From Polyangiaceae bacterium (GTDB lineage Bacteria; Myxococcota_A; Polyangia; Polyangiales; Polyangiaceae), in NCBI GenBank assembly GCA_044222475.1, contig JBGANF010000016.1:1-64000 (forward strand): a DNA stretch of 64,000 nucleotides, in the 5' to 3' direction. This document shows, one piece after another, positions 11,900 through 21,725 of the stretch. The notes under the pieces were generated by a model, which saw nothing but the letters and a program-made list of their open reading frames with translations, made no database searches and was not told the DNA's origin. A program made the translations under genes and the position numbers. Position 1 is the first letter of the stretch, and the number at the start of each line of letters is the position of its first letter.

Positions 11900-13546
11900 T
11901 CATTTGCAGGCGAAGATCGCGTAGCCGCCGCTCGTGTCGTTTTGGCCGAGTGCGGTCTTCCGGCTGACCCAGGCCACGGCCACGCGCGAGTCGGTCGCGG
12001 TGATCGTCACCGCGCCGTCGCGGTAGGTCGCCGGGATGCGCGCATCGCTCCCGAAGTCGACGCGACGAATGAACGACGGGGTCGTGCTCGCCGCGCCGTC
12101 GATGACGGCGATCGAGACGTTGCCCGCTTGCTCGACCGCGACGAAGAGGCGGTCCTTGGTGGCAGCCGCGTCGAGCGAGAGCACCGGAGTGTCGGCGAAG
12201 AGGCTGAAGGTCCCCTCGGCCGAGCGCGTGGTCTTGCCGAGATCGTACGCAGCGAAGCCGAGCTCTTGGGTCGACCCGGAGTCGTCCGCGACGAGGAAGA
12301 CGCGCGCGCCGAACGCGGCGATGGCGCTCTTCGTCGACGGTACCTGCTCGATGATCGCCCCTTGGGCCTTGGGGTCCGGCGTGGACGGGACGACGTAGAT
12401 CTTCGCGACGTTCGCGGGGGGCGGCCCGGCGTCGCCGCCGCCGCCGCTGCCGGGACCCTGGACGCGCAGCCCGAACGCGCTCGTGCCCCGCGCGATGCTG
12501 AGATCGGTGTCGCCGGTGGCGCCGAAGGCGGGGATCAAGTTGCTGACGTTGGCGCCGTCGCTGAGGAAGATCGCCGAGAGGCCGCTCGATCGCAGCGCGA
12601 CGAGCGACTGCGCGGTCGACGTCGCGGTCGTGATCGCGTGCGTCGAGAGGGCGATCGTCGGCGCGTTGTTGTTCAGGAACTGCGACCGACCCTTGACCGC
12701 GCCGGTCGCGTCGAGCTTGAGCTGCTCGAGACCGCTCTTGCCGTTGCACGGAGGGCGCGTGAAGACGAGCAGACCGCCGGCGTCGCTCATCGACAGCGCG
12801 GCCGGGTCGGGAGGGTCCTTCGAGTCGCAGTACCCGTCGAGCGTCTTCTGAATGGGCGCCTGCGCGCCGCCGCCGGAGTCGAGCGGGACGAGGTTGGCGC
12901 GGAGACAGGGGTTGCCCACCTGGCACGCGGCCGAGCCGTCGACTGCGGGGAACTCGCCGTACCCGACGAGGAAGCCCGTCTTGGTCGCGACGATCGCCGG
13001 TGCGGTGAGGAACGGTCCACCGCTGAGCGCGTTGGGGAGCGGACCCGCGCCCATGAGCTGCATCGAGCAACCCTCGCCGACGGCCGGGTCGGTGTTGTTC
13101 GAGGGAGCGAGGCAGCGGCCCGCGTTGCACACGGTGCCGCCGGTGCACTTGGCGGCGTCGGGGTTCTTGGTGGCGGTGAGATCGATCGTCACCTCGCGCC
13201 CGCGCGTGACGTCGACGACGGAGCACCCGCTCGCGACGACGCCGCAGTCCGCCCGCCGCGCGACGGCGGCGAAGCCGTAGGTCCCCGCCGACAAGTTTCC
13301 GATCGCCGGCGCGGCCTGGTCGCTCGCGTATCCCAGGCGGACGACTGGACCCGACGCGGGGATCCCTCCGGCGAGCTGCGCGGGTGCGAGGCAACCGCCG
13401 GGCAGTACGCCGACCTCGATCCATTTCGCTTGCGAGAGCTGGGCGTTGGGGATCGAGATCGCGACGCTGACTTGGGGCGTGCCGCACGACGCGACGGCGA
13501 TCGCGGTCAGCGCGATCGCGCCAATCGCCAAGCGCGCCGCGTTCAT
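11900..13546 (-). CDS. Hypothetical lipoprotein, Cys-containing N-terminus and beta-rich C-terminus
   Basis: MNAARLAIGAIALTAIAVASC lipobox; ATGA overlap with the kinase stop. Confidence 0.75.
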   Translation of the reverse strand: MNAARLAIGAIALTAIAVASCGTPQVSVAISIPNAQLSQAKWIEVGVLPGGCLAPAQLAGGIPASGPVVRLGYASDQAAPAIGNLSAGTYGFAAVARRADCGVVASGCSVVDVTRGREVTIDLTATKNPDAAKCTGGTVCNAGRCLAPSNNTDPAVGEGCSMQLMGAGPLPNALSGGPFLTAPAIVATKTGFLVGYGEFPAVDGSAACQVGNPCLRANLVPLDSGGGAQAPIQKTLDGYCDSKDPPDPAALSMSDAGGLLVFTRPPCNGKSGLEQLKLDATGAVKGRSQFLNNNAPTIALSTHAITTATSTAQSLVALRSSGLSAIFLSDGANVSNLIPAFGATGDTDLSIARGTSAFGLRVQGPGSGGGGDAGPPPANVAKIYVVPSTPDPKAQGAIIEQVPSTKSAIAAFGARVFLVADDSGSTQELGFAAYDLGKTTRSAEGTFSLFADTPVLSLDAAATKDRLFVAVEQAGNVSIAVIDGAASTTPSFIRRVDFGSDARIPATYRDGAVTITATDSRVAVAWVSRKTALGQNDTSGGYAIFACK

Positions 13547-16101
13547 TGGGTCATCGTCACGGTCTGCTTCGTCACCTGGTCGGCGACGATGATCACCGAG
13601 ACGACCTTCTCGACCTTGGGGCTGTTGGTGACGAGCTTGATCCGATGCGTGCCGACGGGCAGCGACTTCTTGTAGATGGGGCACCCGCCGATCGGCGCGC
13701 CGTTGTCATAGGCGGCGTCGCAGGGCGGCAGGGTGATGACGGTGAGCTGCCCGGTCGCGCCACCCGCGAGGTTGGTGGGGGGGCGCACGGTCGTGCTCGT
13801 CGGGATGGACGTGGTCGTCGCGGTGGGGATCGAGGTCACGGCCGCCGTCGCCGTGGCGGTCGGCCGCGACGTCGGCGCCGCGGTGGCCGTGGCGGTCGGG
13901 AGGGCGGTTGCGGTGCTCGTGTCGGCGACCGTCGCGGACGGCTGCGCCGCGGTGGTGGACGCCGTCGCGCTCGGCGGGGGAGCGGCCGTCGTCGTCGCCG
14001 ACGGGGGCGGCGGCGTGTTGGCGCCCGACGACCCGGAGCTGGACGGCGAGATCACCTCGAGGAAGCCGGCTCGCGCGGCGCCGAACGGTCCGTTCGCCTG
14101 AAGCGGAACGTCGGGCCTGGTGCTCGACCCGCCGGTCGACCCGACGGCTGCGGACGACGAGCCTGCGGCGGGCGTGTGGGTCGCGGTTTGGCCGCCGCGG
14201 CCGACGGCGAGGTACACGATGGTGAGGATCGCGAGGGCGGCGAAGCACGACGCGACGCCGACGACCCACATCGGGATGCCTTGCTTCTGCGCAGGCAGGA
14301 GCGCGGTGCCATCCGCGTTGTGTTGCGCTTGCGCCGGCTGCGGCGGGTACGCGGGCGGAGGGAACGGCGGCTGCTGCGTCTGCGAGAGGTTCCCACCTTG
14401 GTACCCGCCGCTCTGCATGTGCATCTGCTGCGCCTGCATCTGCGGTTGCTGGCCGTACGGCTGCGGTTGCTGGCCGTACGGTTGCTGCGGTTGCTGGCCG
14501 TACGGTTGCTGCGGTTGCTGGCCGTAGGGCTGCTGGGCCTGCGGCGGCGCGTTCACGACGACGGCCGGCAGCTGACCCGACGCGTTGGCGTGCGGCACCG
14601 GGAGCGGACGCGGAGGTACCGCGATCGCGTTGTTCATGACGGCGCGGGTCGGGATGTCGTCGCTGTCGTTCTGTTGCGCCGGGCGTCCCGCGGCCGGGAG
14701 CGGGGCAGGGACGTCCTCACGCGCAGTCGACGTGATGATCGTCTTGTCCTCTTCGTCGTCGTCGTACCCGCTCTCGGTCGGAGTCGGGGCCATGATCGTC
14801 GGCCCGTCGTCTTCCATCGAGTCGAGGTCGCTGAGGACGGGAGCTTGTGCTTGCGCTGGCGGCGCCACGGGCGCGGGGCGCGGAGGTCCACCCGGCCGAG
14901 GTGGCATCGCCGCCGCTGGTGCGCCAGCCGCCGGCCGCGGGACGGCGCGTCCGGCGGGTTGCGCGGGCTGGACCTCGGAGTTGTACGTGTGGAGCGAGCC
15001 GTCGAAGTCGGGAGCGGACGGGCGCCCGCTCGGTCCAGCGATCGTCTGCGTCACCTCGGCCGCCCAGCGGAGGTGAGCCTCGCGCTTCTGGATGCGCTCG
15101 CCGAAGATCGAGTGGACGTACGAGGAGACCTCGTCGCTGGCGATGAACAAGCCGCGCTTCATGAGGAGCGACTGGAGCGCGCGAGAGAGCTCGCGAGCGG
15201 TCTTGAAGCGTTCGCCTTTGTTCTTGGCGAGCGCCTTCATGACGATCTTCTCGAGATCGATCGGATACCCGCGGATGATCGTGCTCGGCCTCGGGACGTT
15301 GCACTCCTGCACCTTCGCCAGCGTGTCGAGGTCGCTCTCCATGCGGAAGAGGCGCTGGCCGGTGGTGAGCTCCCAGAGAACGACGCCGAGCGCGAAGATG
15401 TCGGTGCGCCGATCGAGCTGATCGTTGCCGACCTGCTCGGGCGACATGTACGCGAGCTTCCCCTTGAGCGTGCCCGCGCGCGTGCTCGCCATGCGCGAGC
15501 TGAACTTCGCGATGCCGAAGTCGACGACCTTCGTGCTGCCGTCGTACGTGACGAACAGGTTGTGCGGCGTCACGTCGCGGTGGACGAGGTTGAGCTTCTC
15601 GCCGTTCTGGCCGAGGAGCTCGTGCGCGGCGTGGAGACCTTCGCCCGCGTCGGCGATGATGCGACACGCGATCTCCGGAGGCATCGGCGCGCCGAGCTCT
15701 TCCGTGCGGCGCATGACCTCGCGCAGCGGTTCGCCGTGGAGGTACTCCATGGCGATCCAGTAGGTGTCTTCGTGCTTGCCGAGCTCGAACACCGTCGCGA
15801 CGTTCGGGTGCGAGATCCGCGCAGCGACGCGGGCCTCGTCGAGGAACATCTGGATGAAGCTCTCGTCCTCGATCAGGTGCGCGTGGATTCGCTTGATCGC
15901 GATCCACTTCTGGAAGCCACCGGGGCCGTCCATGCGCGCGAGGTGGACGCTCGCCATGCCGCCGACGCCGATCTCGTCGACGACGCGGTAGCGACCGAGG
16001 AAGTAGGTCCCAGCGTGGGCCGCTTCGTTGGCGCCGGTGCCAGCATTCGCTCTGGGATCGGGCGGGAGGCCGGCATTGGGTCGGGGCGCGCGGTTATCCA
16101 C
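13543..16101 (-). CDS. Membrane-anchored Ser/Thr protein kinase with Pro/Gln/Thr-rich linkers and PEGA-like C-terminus
   Basis: IGVGGMASV, AIKRI, HRDVTPHN, DFG, YMSPE; one TM helix; C-terminal LPVGTHRIKL. Confidence 0.92.
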   Translation of the reverse strand: MDNRAPRPNAGLPPDPRANAGTGANEAAHAGTYFLGRYRVVDEIGVGGMASVHLARMDGPGGFQKWIAIKRIHAHLIEDESFIQMFLDEARVAARISHPNVATVFELGKHEDTYWIAMEYLHGEPLREVMRRTEELGAPMPPEIACRIIADAGEGLHAAHELLGQNGEKLNLVHRDVTPHNLFVTYDGSTKVVDFGIAKFSSRMASTRAGTLKGKLAYMSPEQVGNDQLDRRTDIFALGVVLWELTTGQRLFRMESDLDTLAKVQECNVPRPSTIIRGYPIDLEKIVMKALAKNKGERFKTARELSRALQSLLMKRGLFIASDEVSSYVHSIFGERIQKREAHLRWAAEVTQTIAGPSGRPSAPDFDGSLHTYNSEVQPAQPAGRAVPRPAAGAPAAAMPPRPGGPPRPAPVAPPAQAQAPVLSDLDSMEDDGPTIMAPTPTESGYDDDEEDKTIITSTAREDVPAPLPAAGRPAQQNDSDDIPTRAVMNNAIAVPPRPLPVPHANASGQLPAVVVNAPPQAQQPYGQQPQQPYGQQPQQPYGQQPQPYGQQPQMQAQQMHMQSGGYQGGNLSQTQQPPFPPPAYPPQPAQAQHNADGTALLPAQKQGIPMWVVGVASCFAALAILTIVYLAVGRGGQTATHTPAAGSSSAAVGSTGGSSTRPDVPLQANGPFGAARAGFLEVISPSSSGSSGANTPPPPSATTTAAPPPSATASTTAAQPSATVADTSTATALPTATATAAPTSRPTATATAAVTSIPTATTTSIPTSTTVRPPTNLAGGATGQLTVITLPPCDAAYDNGAPIGGCPIYKKSLPVGTHRIKLVTNSPKVEKVVSVIIVADQVTKQTVTMTQ
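14440..14536. repeat. In-frame tandem repeat (~24 bp, ~4 copies) encoding QQPQQPYG
   Basis: CTGCGGTTGCTGGCCGTACGG(TTG) repeated. Confidence 0.9.
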
Positions 16102-16107
16102 TGGTCC

Positions 16108-16929
16108 TCATCGGGGCTCGAGCTGGGGGGACCCGACGGCGACCATCGTCGGGGGACGGAAGATGAAGTACGCACCCACGCCCGCCCCCGCGAGCAAGCT
16201 CCCACCGATCAAGTAAGGCCATGGCGTGGCCCAGAAGCTCGTTCCGCCGGAGCCTCCCTCGGCCGGCTTCGACGAGCTCACTGGCGTCGCGCGCACGGAG
16301 ACCCGAGACTCGCCCTCGGCGAGGACGTTGTCGTGGACGTCGAGCGCGTCGATGTGCAGGACGAGGCGCGCACCCGGCAGCACGATCGTCGGCGGGACGC
16401 GGAAGTGCACCACCGGCGCTTGAGTGGGCTCGTCGAAGCGGAACGTCTTGCCGGTGCTCCCGTCGAAGACCTGGAGCGAGAGGCGCGCGATCACGGCGGC
16501 ATGCGCCGGATCGAGCATGACGTTGACGGCGAACGCCGCCGCGCCGTCGACCTCGGCGGGCGCGCTCGGGTCGGCTTTGAGCGGCCCGACACCCACCTTC
16601 TGCTGCTGCGCCTTCGCCGCGTCGGCGAGGACGACGGTCTTCTTGCCGGCTTCCGGTGGAACCACGAAGCTCGCGTCGAGGAGGGCAGCCGTTCGAAACG
16701 CGGCCAGCGCGAGGTCCTTCTTGCCGAGGACGCCGCGGACCGCGCCGAGCTTGATGTAACACTCGAGCGTGGCGTCGCGAGGTAGTCCGCCTTTTTCGAG
16801 CGCCTCGAGGTACGCGGGCTCGGCGGCCTCGAATTCCCCTTGCGACCACGCGGCGCGTGCCCGCTCCAGCGCGGGTGCGCCCAACGGCGTGCCGCTCTCG
16901 GCATGAGCCACGACCGGCGGAAGGAGCAT
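16108..16929 (-). CDS. Exported TPR-like protein with C-terminal TM anchor (start uncertain)
   Basis: Signal-like AHA, TPR-like helices, C-terminal FWATPWPYLIGG hydrophobic anchor. Confidence 0.65.
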   Translation of the reverse strand: MLLPPVVAHAESGTPLGAPALERARAAWSQGEFEAAEPAYLEALEKGGLPRDATLECYIKLGAVRGVLGKKDLALAAFRTAALLDASFVVPPEAGKKTVVLADAAKAQQQKVGVGPLKADPSAPAEVDGAAAFAVNVMLDPAHAAVIARLSLQVFDGSTGKTFRFDEPTQAPVVHFRVPPTIVLPGARLVLHIDALDVHDNVLAEGESRVSVRATPVSSSKPAEGGSGGTSFWATPWPYLIGGSLLAGAGVGAYFIFRPPTMVAVGSPQLEPR

Positions 16930-17066
16930 CAGCCCGGGCAACACCAGGCGAGCCGCCAACCCCCAGGTCGAACGAGGGGAGCGATGCGTGAATAGCAACC
17001 GGAAAAGCGTATCGGCAGCGGGGCCTTGGCGCAAGAACTGGCACGCGTTTCGGTGCGCCGGACGGC

Positions 17067-17792
17067 CTAGGGGAACGCTTGCGCGGGCCTCCCGCGCGTG
17101 AAGTAGAAACGAAACGAGCCGCTGATGTGGCCCCGGCACGGAGGAGGCGGACCGGCGCCGCCAGGGCAGATTTCCCGAGGATCTGCGAGGTAGACGTCGA
17201 AGCTCGCTTCGGAGAGGCGCTTGTCGGCGTCGGGCTCTTCTGGATCGCCGTTGAAGAGGTGCTGAAAGGTAATCGTGCTCTTTCGGGTGGGCGGCGTCGC
17301 TGCGCAGTCCTTGGCGGCGGTGAGCGTCGCCGCGTCGCACGTGCCGTCGGCGTTGGTCGTCGCTTCGCTTACGGCGTAAAGCGCCGGGACCTCGGGACGG
17401 CACGAGCGCTGGAGGTAGAGCGAGAACTGGACGAGCGCCGGATTCGGCGTCGGCTTCACCGGAACCCCCGGAGGCGTCACCTCGGGCGGGAGCGCGACCG
17501 CCAGCGGCGTGCCGAGGAGGTCGGAGCGCACTCGGCCCGACTCGAGCACGAGAATGGACAGCCCGTCGCTGAAGTTCATGAGGTCGCTGCCGCGCTGGAT
17601 GCGAAACATGAGCGTGTCGTTGTAGGGAGTCGCGCCGAAGAAATCGGGCTGCAGATCGAACTTGCCCGACCAGCAGTTGGCGACGTTCAGCGTGCCCGTC
17701 GCCGACCCTTGTCCATCACCGACGGTGCACGCGAGCGCGCTCACGACGGTGGCCGCGAGCGCTGCGATGGCTGCGCGCCGGAACCGCATCAT
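17067..17792 (-). CDS. Hypothetical lipoprotein
   Basis: VVSALAC lipobox; overlaps the mnmA stop. Confidence 0.7.
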   Translation of the reverse strand: MMRFRRAAIAALAATVVSALACTVGDGQGSATGTLNVANCWSGKFDLQPDFFGATPYNDTLMFRIQRGSDLMNFSDGLSILVLESGRVRSDLLGTPLAVALPPEVTPPGVPVKPTPNPALVQFSLYLQRSCRPEVPALYAVSEATTNADGTCDAATLTAAKDCAATPPTRKSTITFQHLFNGDPEEPDADKRLSEASFDVYLADPREICPGGAGPPPPCRGHISGSFRFYFTRGRPAQAFP

Positions 17793-18889
17793 GACGGCCT
17801 CGCGTCGACGGCGCTGATGCGTCCGCCGCCCAGCACGCGGTCGCCGTCGTAGAGGACCGCGATCTGCCCGCGCGTCACCGCGCGCGCGTCGCCGTGGAAG
17901 AGCAGCTTCGCCGATCGACCTTGGTTCTCCGGTTCGATGCGCACGGCAACGCCCGCGTGACGGTAGCGAACCCGCGCGGTCGCATCGATCGGCAGCGTGA
18001 CCGACTCGTGCATGTGCACGCCGTCCAGCGTAGCCGAGGTGGCGCCGAGCGCATCACCGCTCCCGAGGTGAACCGTCGCCGTGTCCGCGTCGATGGCGGT
18101 CACGAACGCCGGCGTGCCGAGCGCGACGCCGATCCCCTTTCGCTGACCGACGGTGAAGCGGTGCACGCCGTCGTGCCGTCCGACCTCGCGGCCTTCGGCG
18201 TCGACGATCGGTCCCGGTCGCACGCGGTCGCGTGCGCGGGCGGCGACGAACTCGGCGTACGCACCCTTGCCCTCGCCGACGAAGCAGAGCTCCTGGCTTT
18301 CGCCTTTGGTCGCGCCGGGCAAGCGGCGGGCGACGGCCTCGGCGCGAACCTCGGGCTTGGTGCTCTCGCCGAGCGGGAAGACGAGCCGCTCGAGCCACTC
18401 GCGAGGGGTCGCGTAGAGGAAGTAGCTCTGGTCCTTGTCGCGATCGACGCCGGCGAGGAGCGTCGGTCGGCCGGCGTCGTCTCTTCCGATGCGCGCGTAG
18501 TGACCGGTGGCGACCTTGGCGCATCCGAGGCGGTCGGCGATCGCGAAGAGCTCGTGCAGCTTCACCTCGCGGTTGCAGGTGGTGCACGGGCTGGGCGTGT
18601 CACCGGCGAGGTACGCGTCGACGAAGGGCTTCACGACCGTGCGCTCGAAGAGCTCGCGGCGATCGAACGTGTAGTGCGCGAACCCGAGGGCGAACGCCAT
18701 GCGGCGCGCATCGTATTGGTCTTCGGGGGCGCAGCAGCGGCCGTGGGAGCCGGCTTCACCCTCCTCCGGGTAGTCCCAGAGGTGCAGCGTGAGGCCGACG
18801 ACCTCGTGGCCTTCGTCGAGGAGGCGTGCGGCGGCGACGGCGCTGTCGACGCCGCCGCTCATGGCTACGAGAACGCGCTCCCTGGTCAC
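17789..18889 (-). CDS. mnmA: tRNA 2-thiouridylase MnmA
   Basis: AMSGGVDS, TPSPC..CN, ATGHYA, KDQSYFL, ESQELCF, TVGQRKG. Confidence 0.97.
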   Translation of the reverse strand: MTRERVLVAMSGGVDSAVAAARLLDEGHEVVGLTLHLWDYPEEGEAGSHGRCCAPEDQYDARRMAFALGFAHYTFDRRELFERTVVKPFVDAYLAGDTPSPCTTCNREVKLHELFAIADRLGCAKVATGHYARIGRDDAGRPTLLAGVDRDKDQSYFLYATPREWLERLVFPLGESTKPEVRAEAVARRLPGATKGESQELCFVGEGKGAYAEFVAARARDRVRPGPIVDAEGREVGRHDGVHRFTVGQRKGIGVALGTPAFVTAIDADTATVHLGSGDALGATSATLDGVHMHESVTLPIDATARVRYRHAGVAVRIEPENQGRSAKLLFHGDARAVTRGQIAVLYDGDRVLGGGRISAVDARPS

Positions 18890-18915
18890 GATTCAAGGCT
18901 ACCACGGGCGACGCT

Positions 18916-19341
18916 TCACTTCCCGCGGGCGAAGGGGTCGACGACCTCGACGCCGCAACCTTCGAAGTCGCGCACGTTGCGGGTGGCGATCACGGCGTGT
19001 CGGTCGAGCGCCATCGCCGCGATCTGCCCGTCGACGACGCTCAGCGGCCGACCGCGCGCTCTCCTCGCGCTCATGACGAGCCCATACCTCTTCGCCGCGC
19101 CGAGATCGAAGGTCAGGATGCGCCCCTCGAATGCCTCGCGCAGCATGCGGTCGAACCCATCCGAGAGTGCGCGCCTTCGTTTCCCATTCGGGAGCGCCTC
19201 GATGCCGTAGTGGACCTCCGCGATGGTCGGCGTCGTGAGAAACAGCGAGAGGCTGTCTTGGCGATTGAGCCACGCCACGACGGTGGGCTCGGGGGCAGGC
19301 CGCATCGTCTCCGAAATGACGTTCGTATCGAGGATGATCAC
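18916..19341 (-). CDS. vapC: PIN-domain toxin (VapC/FitB)
   Basis: IILDTNVISE, DGQIAA, ATRNVRDF. Confidence 0.93.
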   Translation of the reverse strand: MIILDTNVISETMRPAPEPTVVAWLNRQDSLSLFLTTPTIAEVHYGIEALPNGKRRRALSDGFDRMLREAFEGRILTFDLGAAKRYGLVMSARRARGRPLSVVDGQIAAMALDRHAVIATRNVRDFEGCGVEVVDPFARGK

Positions 19342-19568
19342 TCGATCTCCGGCGGCTCGTGCGGGGCGCGCCGGGGGAGGACCAGGTCGGCGCCGCCACT
19401 CGACCCGAAGTAGCTCGCGAGCCGATCGCCGAGGCGTTCTGGAGCCATCACCGCGGTCTTGAGGATCCGACGGGCCTCCTCCTCCATGGAGTGACCGCGG
19501 CTCGCTGCGCGAACGCGCAGGCGCGCGTAGGTGCGCGGGTCCAACTTCCTGACGCTCAAGGTGGGCAT
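19338..19568 (-). CDS. FitA-like ribbon-helix-helix antitoxin
   Basis: MPTLSVRKLD...LRVRAA..GHSMEEEARRIL; overlaps the toxin start. Confidence 0.88.
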   Translation of the reverse strand: MPTLSVRKLDPRTYARLRVRAASRGHSMEEEARRILKTAVMAPERLGDRLASYFGSSGGADLVLPRRAPHEPPEIE

Positions 19569-19612
19569 GGCCGTATGCTTGCAGGTGCTGGCATTGACGT
19601 CAAACGCTAGCA

Positions 19613-19942
19613 TCATTGCCCCTGGAGCACCGTCTTGACTCCAGAAGAGGCGCGGTCGACCAGCTTGGCGGCGAGGTCGACGGCTTCGCTGTAGCGGTAG
19701 ACGCCGGCTTGGAGCGCGAGCAGCTCACTGGCGTCGAGGTCGCGGCCGGATCGCGACGCGGCGATTGCTCCCTTCATCATCGCCTCGCCGCGGTTGACCT
19801 CGTTGCCGAGGCCGGACAGCAATCGCGCGAACGGCGAGGGCTCGGGAGTGGTGGACGTCGGCGGTGCCAACGGCCTTTGCGCCGGCTTCGTCGCGGGTTG
19901 ATTCGGAGTGGGGGACCGGGCTTCGCCAAGGGTGATGGCCAT
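19613..19942 (-). CDS. Small helical protein resembling T3SS inner-rod (SctI/HrpB2) proteins
   Basis: C-terminus ELLALQAGVYRYS..VDLAAKLVDRASSGVKTVLQGQ. Confidence 0.55.
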   Translation of the reverse strand: MAITLGEARSPTPNQPATKPAQRPLAPPTSTTPEPSPFARLLSGLGNEVNRGEAMMKGAIAASRSGRDLDASELLALQAGVYRYSEAVDLAAKLVDRASSGVKTVLQGQ

Positions 19943-19990
19943 GCCGCCCTTTCGGTCGCGCGGGGCGTGGGTTGCGTGAGAAATGCGGAA

Positions 19991-20701
19991 CTAACCGTCC
20001 TCGCGGATCCCCGAGCGCTTCAGATCCTTGGCGACACCCTCGACGGCTCGCGTGTGCAGGCGGCTCGCCCACGACTTCGAGAGGCCGAGCTCCTTCGCCG
20101 CTTCTTCGAACGTGACCCCGTCGAAGTAGTGGCGGACGAGGAGCTTCTGCTCGGCTTCGGGCCTGCGACCGACGGCTTCGCGGACCTTCGCGAGCAAGTC
20201 GTGGCGCGCGAGCTGGTCCTCTGCGGACTCGCGGGAGTCTTTGGCGTCCTCGGCCGAAGGCCCGGCCGTCTCGGCGAGGAGCCCGATCGCCATCGCGGTG
20301 GCGATCCCAGCGAGGTACGACGTCAGCTTGTCGTCGGCGGACTCGCCTGTCGCCGTCGTGCTTCCGGTCTCTTCGGCCGCCGTCTCCGTGACGCGATCGC
20401 CGGCTTCGAGCGTGCGCAGCCGTTCGTAGACGCGCCGCGGGAGCGCGGACTGCGAGCGAAGCGCGTCGTACATGGCGCCCTTGATCCGAAGATTCGCCCA
20501 ACGGCGAAACGGGACGCCGTGGGATGGGTCGAAGCTTCGGGCCGACGAGAGGAGCCCCTCGCGGCCCGCCGAGGCGAGCTCGTCCTGATCGACGCCGCCC
20601 CCGAGCTGGCGCCGCACCTGTCCCGCGAGCATGTCGACGAGCGGCAGCGCTTCCTTCACGCGCGCGAGCACTTCCGGGGAGTCGGCGGCGAGGAGCGGCA
20701 T
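19991..20701 (-). CDS. RNA polymerase sigma factor, FliA/WhiG (sigma28) family
   Basis: DELASAGREGLL..ARSFDP, RIKGAMYDALR, region 4 ELGLSKSWASRLH. Confidence 0.88.
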   Translation of the reverse strand: MPLLAADSPEVLARVKEALPLVDMLAGQVRRQLGGGVDQDELASAGREGLLSSARSFDPSHGVPFRRWANLRIKGAMYDALRSQSALPRRVYERLRTLEAGDRVTETAAEETGSTTATGESADDKLTSYLAGIATAMAIGLLAETAGPSAEDAKDSRESAEDQLARHDLLAKVREAVGRRPEAEQKLLVRHYFDGVTFEEAAKELGLSKSWASRLHTRAVEGVAKDLKRSGIREDG

Positions 20702-20787
20702 CGGGCCCGCTACGATATCGAGGCCCTCTGTTTCGCGCTACAGGGGCATTACGGGGACCGAGCCCAACCCAAGTTCATCCCGAAACG

Positions 20788-21714
20788 TCAAGGCGACCAG
20801 GACACCCAGCTCTTGCTTTCGTAGGATAGGGTGACGTCAATCACTCCGAGGGGTCTAAGGAGACCCTGCGTCGTTGTGCTCGTAGCGTCCAATGCTTGAA
20901 GCGTCGCGCCGCCTTGCGTCTTCAGCGCGACCTTCGCGTCCACACGAACTCTCTGACCCTTGAAGGCGGACGGAGAGCACTTGTATCCGACCCCGGTGGT
21001 TGAGAACACGGGAGGACCGTTCGGGATTCCGCGGGGTACGTACACGCATGGCTTCAGCGCGTCGTCCAGAACCTGGAGATTCGCGCCGATGGTTCCCTCA
21101 TCGACGACAACTCCCTCTGAGAAGCCAAGCAGCACTCTGCCGTCCTCGCCCACTGCGACGGCCTTGAGGATCGGGAACGAACCCGTTGCGAAGCGGGCTG
21201 CGTACGCGTTCGGCTCACCTTTGAGAATTGCTCGACTCGGCTTGGCGAGCGACGCTGGCAGGTTGTCGGCGGAGACGACGTACCAGCTCGATCCAGTCAA
21301 GGGGGACTTCGGGTTCAGCTCGATGTAGGCATCCTGGGGAGGGTCCCATGTGGGTGAGCTAGCGTCCTTGGGTACCGGCCCATTGCCATTGCCGACCGAC
21401 CCGGTCGACCCAGGAAAAACGACCGTCGTGAAAGGCACGTCCACCAGCTCGGGATAGGTACGCAGGTGCACCCCTGTCTTCGCGAGAGCGTCGAGCTCTG
21501 CGGGTTTGAGCAGGTTCACCGGGAGGTTCACCCGAATCGGCGTGAAGCTCACGTCCGTGAGCAGATCTGCGGGTGTGAGCTTCAACCGCGTGTCCGGGGT
21601 CGGCGGCGGGAACGATCCCGTTGGCGTGGTCTGCGATGTGGGTTCCGGCGCTCGGCTGCAGCTCGCGACGAGCGCGAGGGCGGGAAGGACTAGACGGTGC
21701 AGGTGGGTTCTCAT
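20788..21714 (-). CDS. Hypothetical lipoprotein (Ig-like beta-rich), lower GC
   Basis: MRTHLHRLVLPALALVASC lipobox; start ATG 21714. Confidence 0.65.
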   Translation of the reverse strand: MRTHLHRLVLPALALVASCSRAPEPTSQTTPTGSFPPPTPDTRLKLTPADLLTDVSFTPIRVNLPVNLLKPAELDALAKTGVHLRTYPELVDVPFTTVVFPGSTGSVGNGNGPVPKDASSPTWDPPQDAYIELNPKSPLTGSSWYVVSADNLPASLAKPSRAILKGEPNAYAARFATGSFPILKAVAVGEDGRVLLGFSEGVVVDEGTIGANLQVLDDALKPCVYVPRGIPNGPPVFSTTGVGYKCSPSAFKGQRVRVDAKVALKTQGGATLQALDATSTTTQGLLRPLGVIDVTLSYESKSWVSWSP

Positions 21715-21725
21715 GAGCTCTCCGG

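Noticed and set aside
14440..14536. Direct repeats as a possible CRISPR array
   Set aside because: No spacers; in-frame coding repeat within a kinase linker; no cas genes
13546..16785. Very long alternative-frame ORFs (e.g. 1079 aa here; also 27090-29738, 33443-36460, 56842-59370)
   Set aside because: Arg/Gly/Ala-rich shadow frames of real genes, expected in high-GC DNA; no recognisable motifs
19943..19990. Possible sigma28 promoter (ACCGAAAG) before the rod-like gene
   Set aside because: Weak match and too close to the start codon to support
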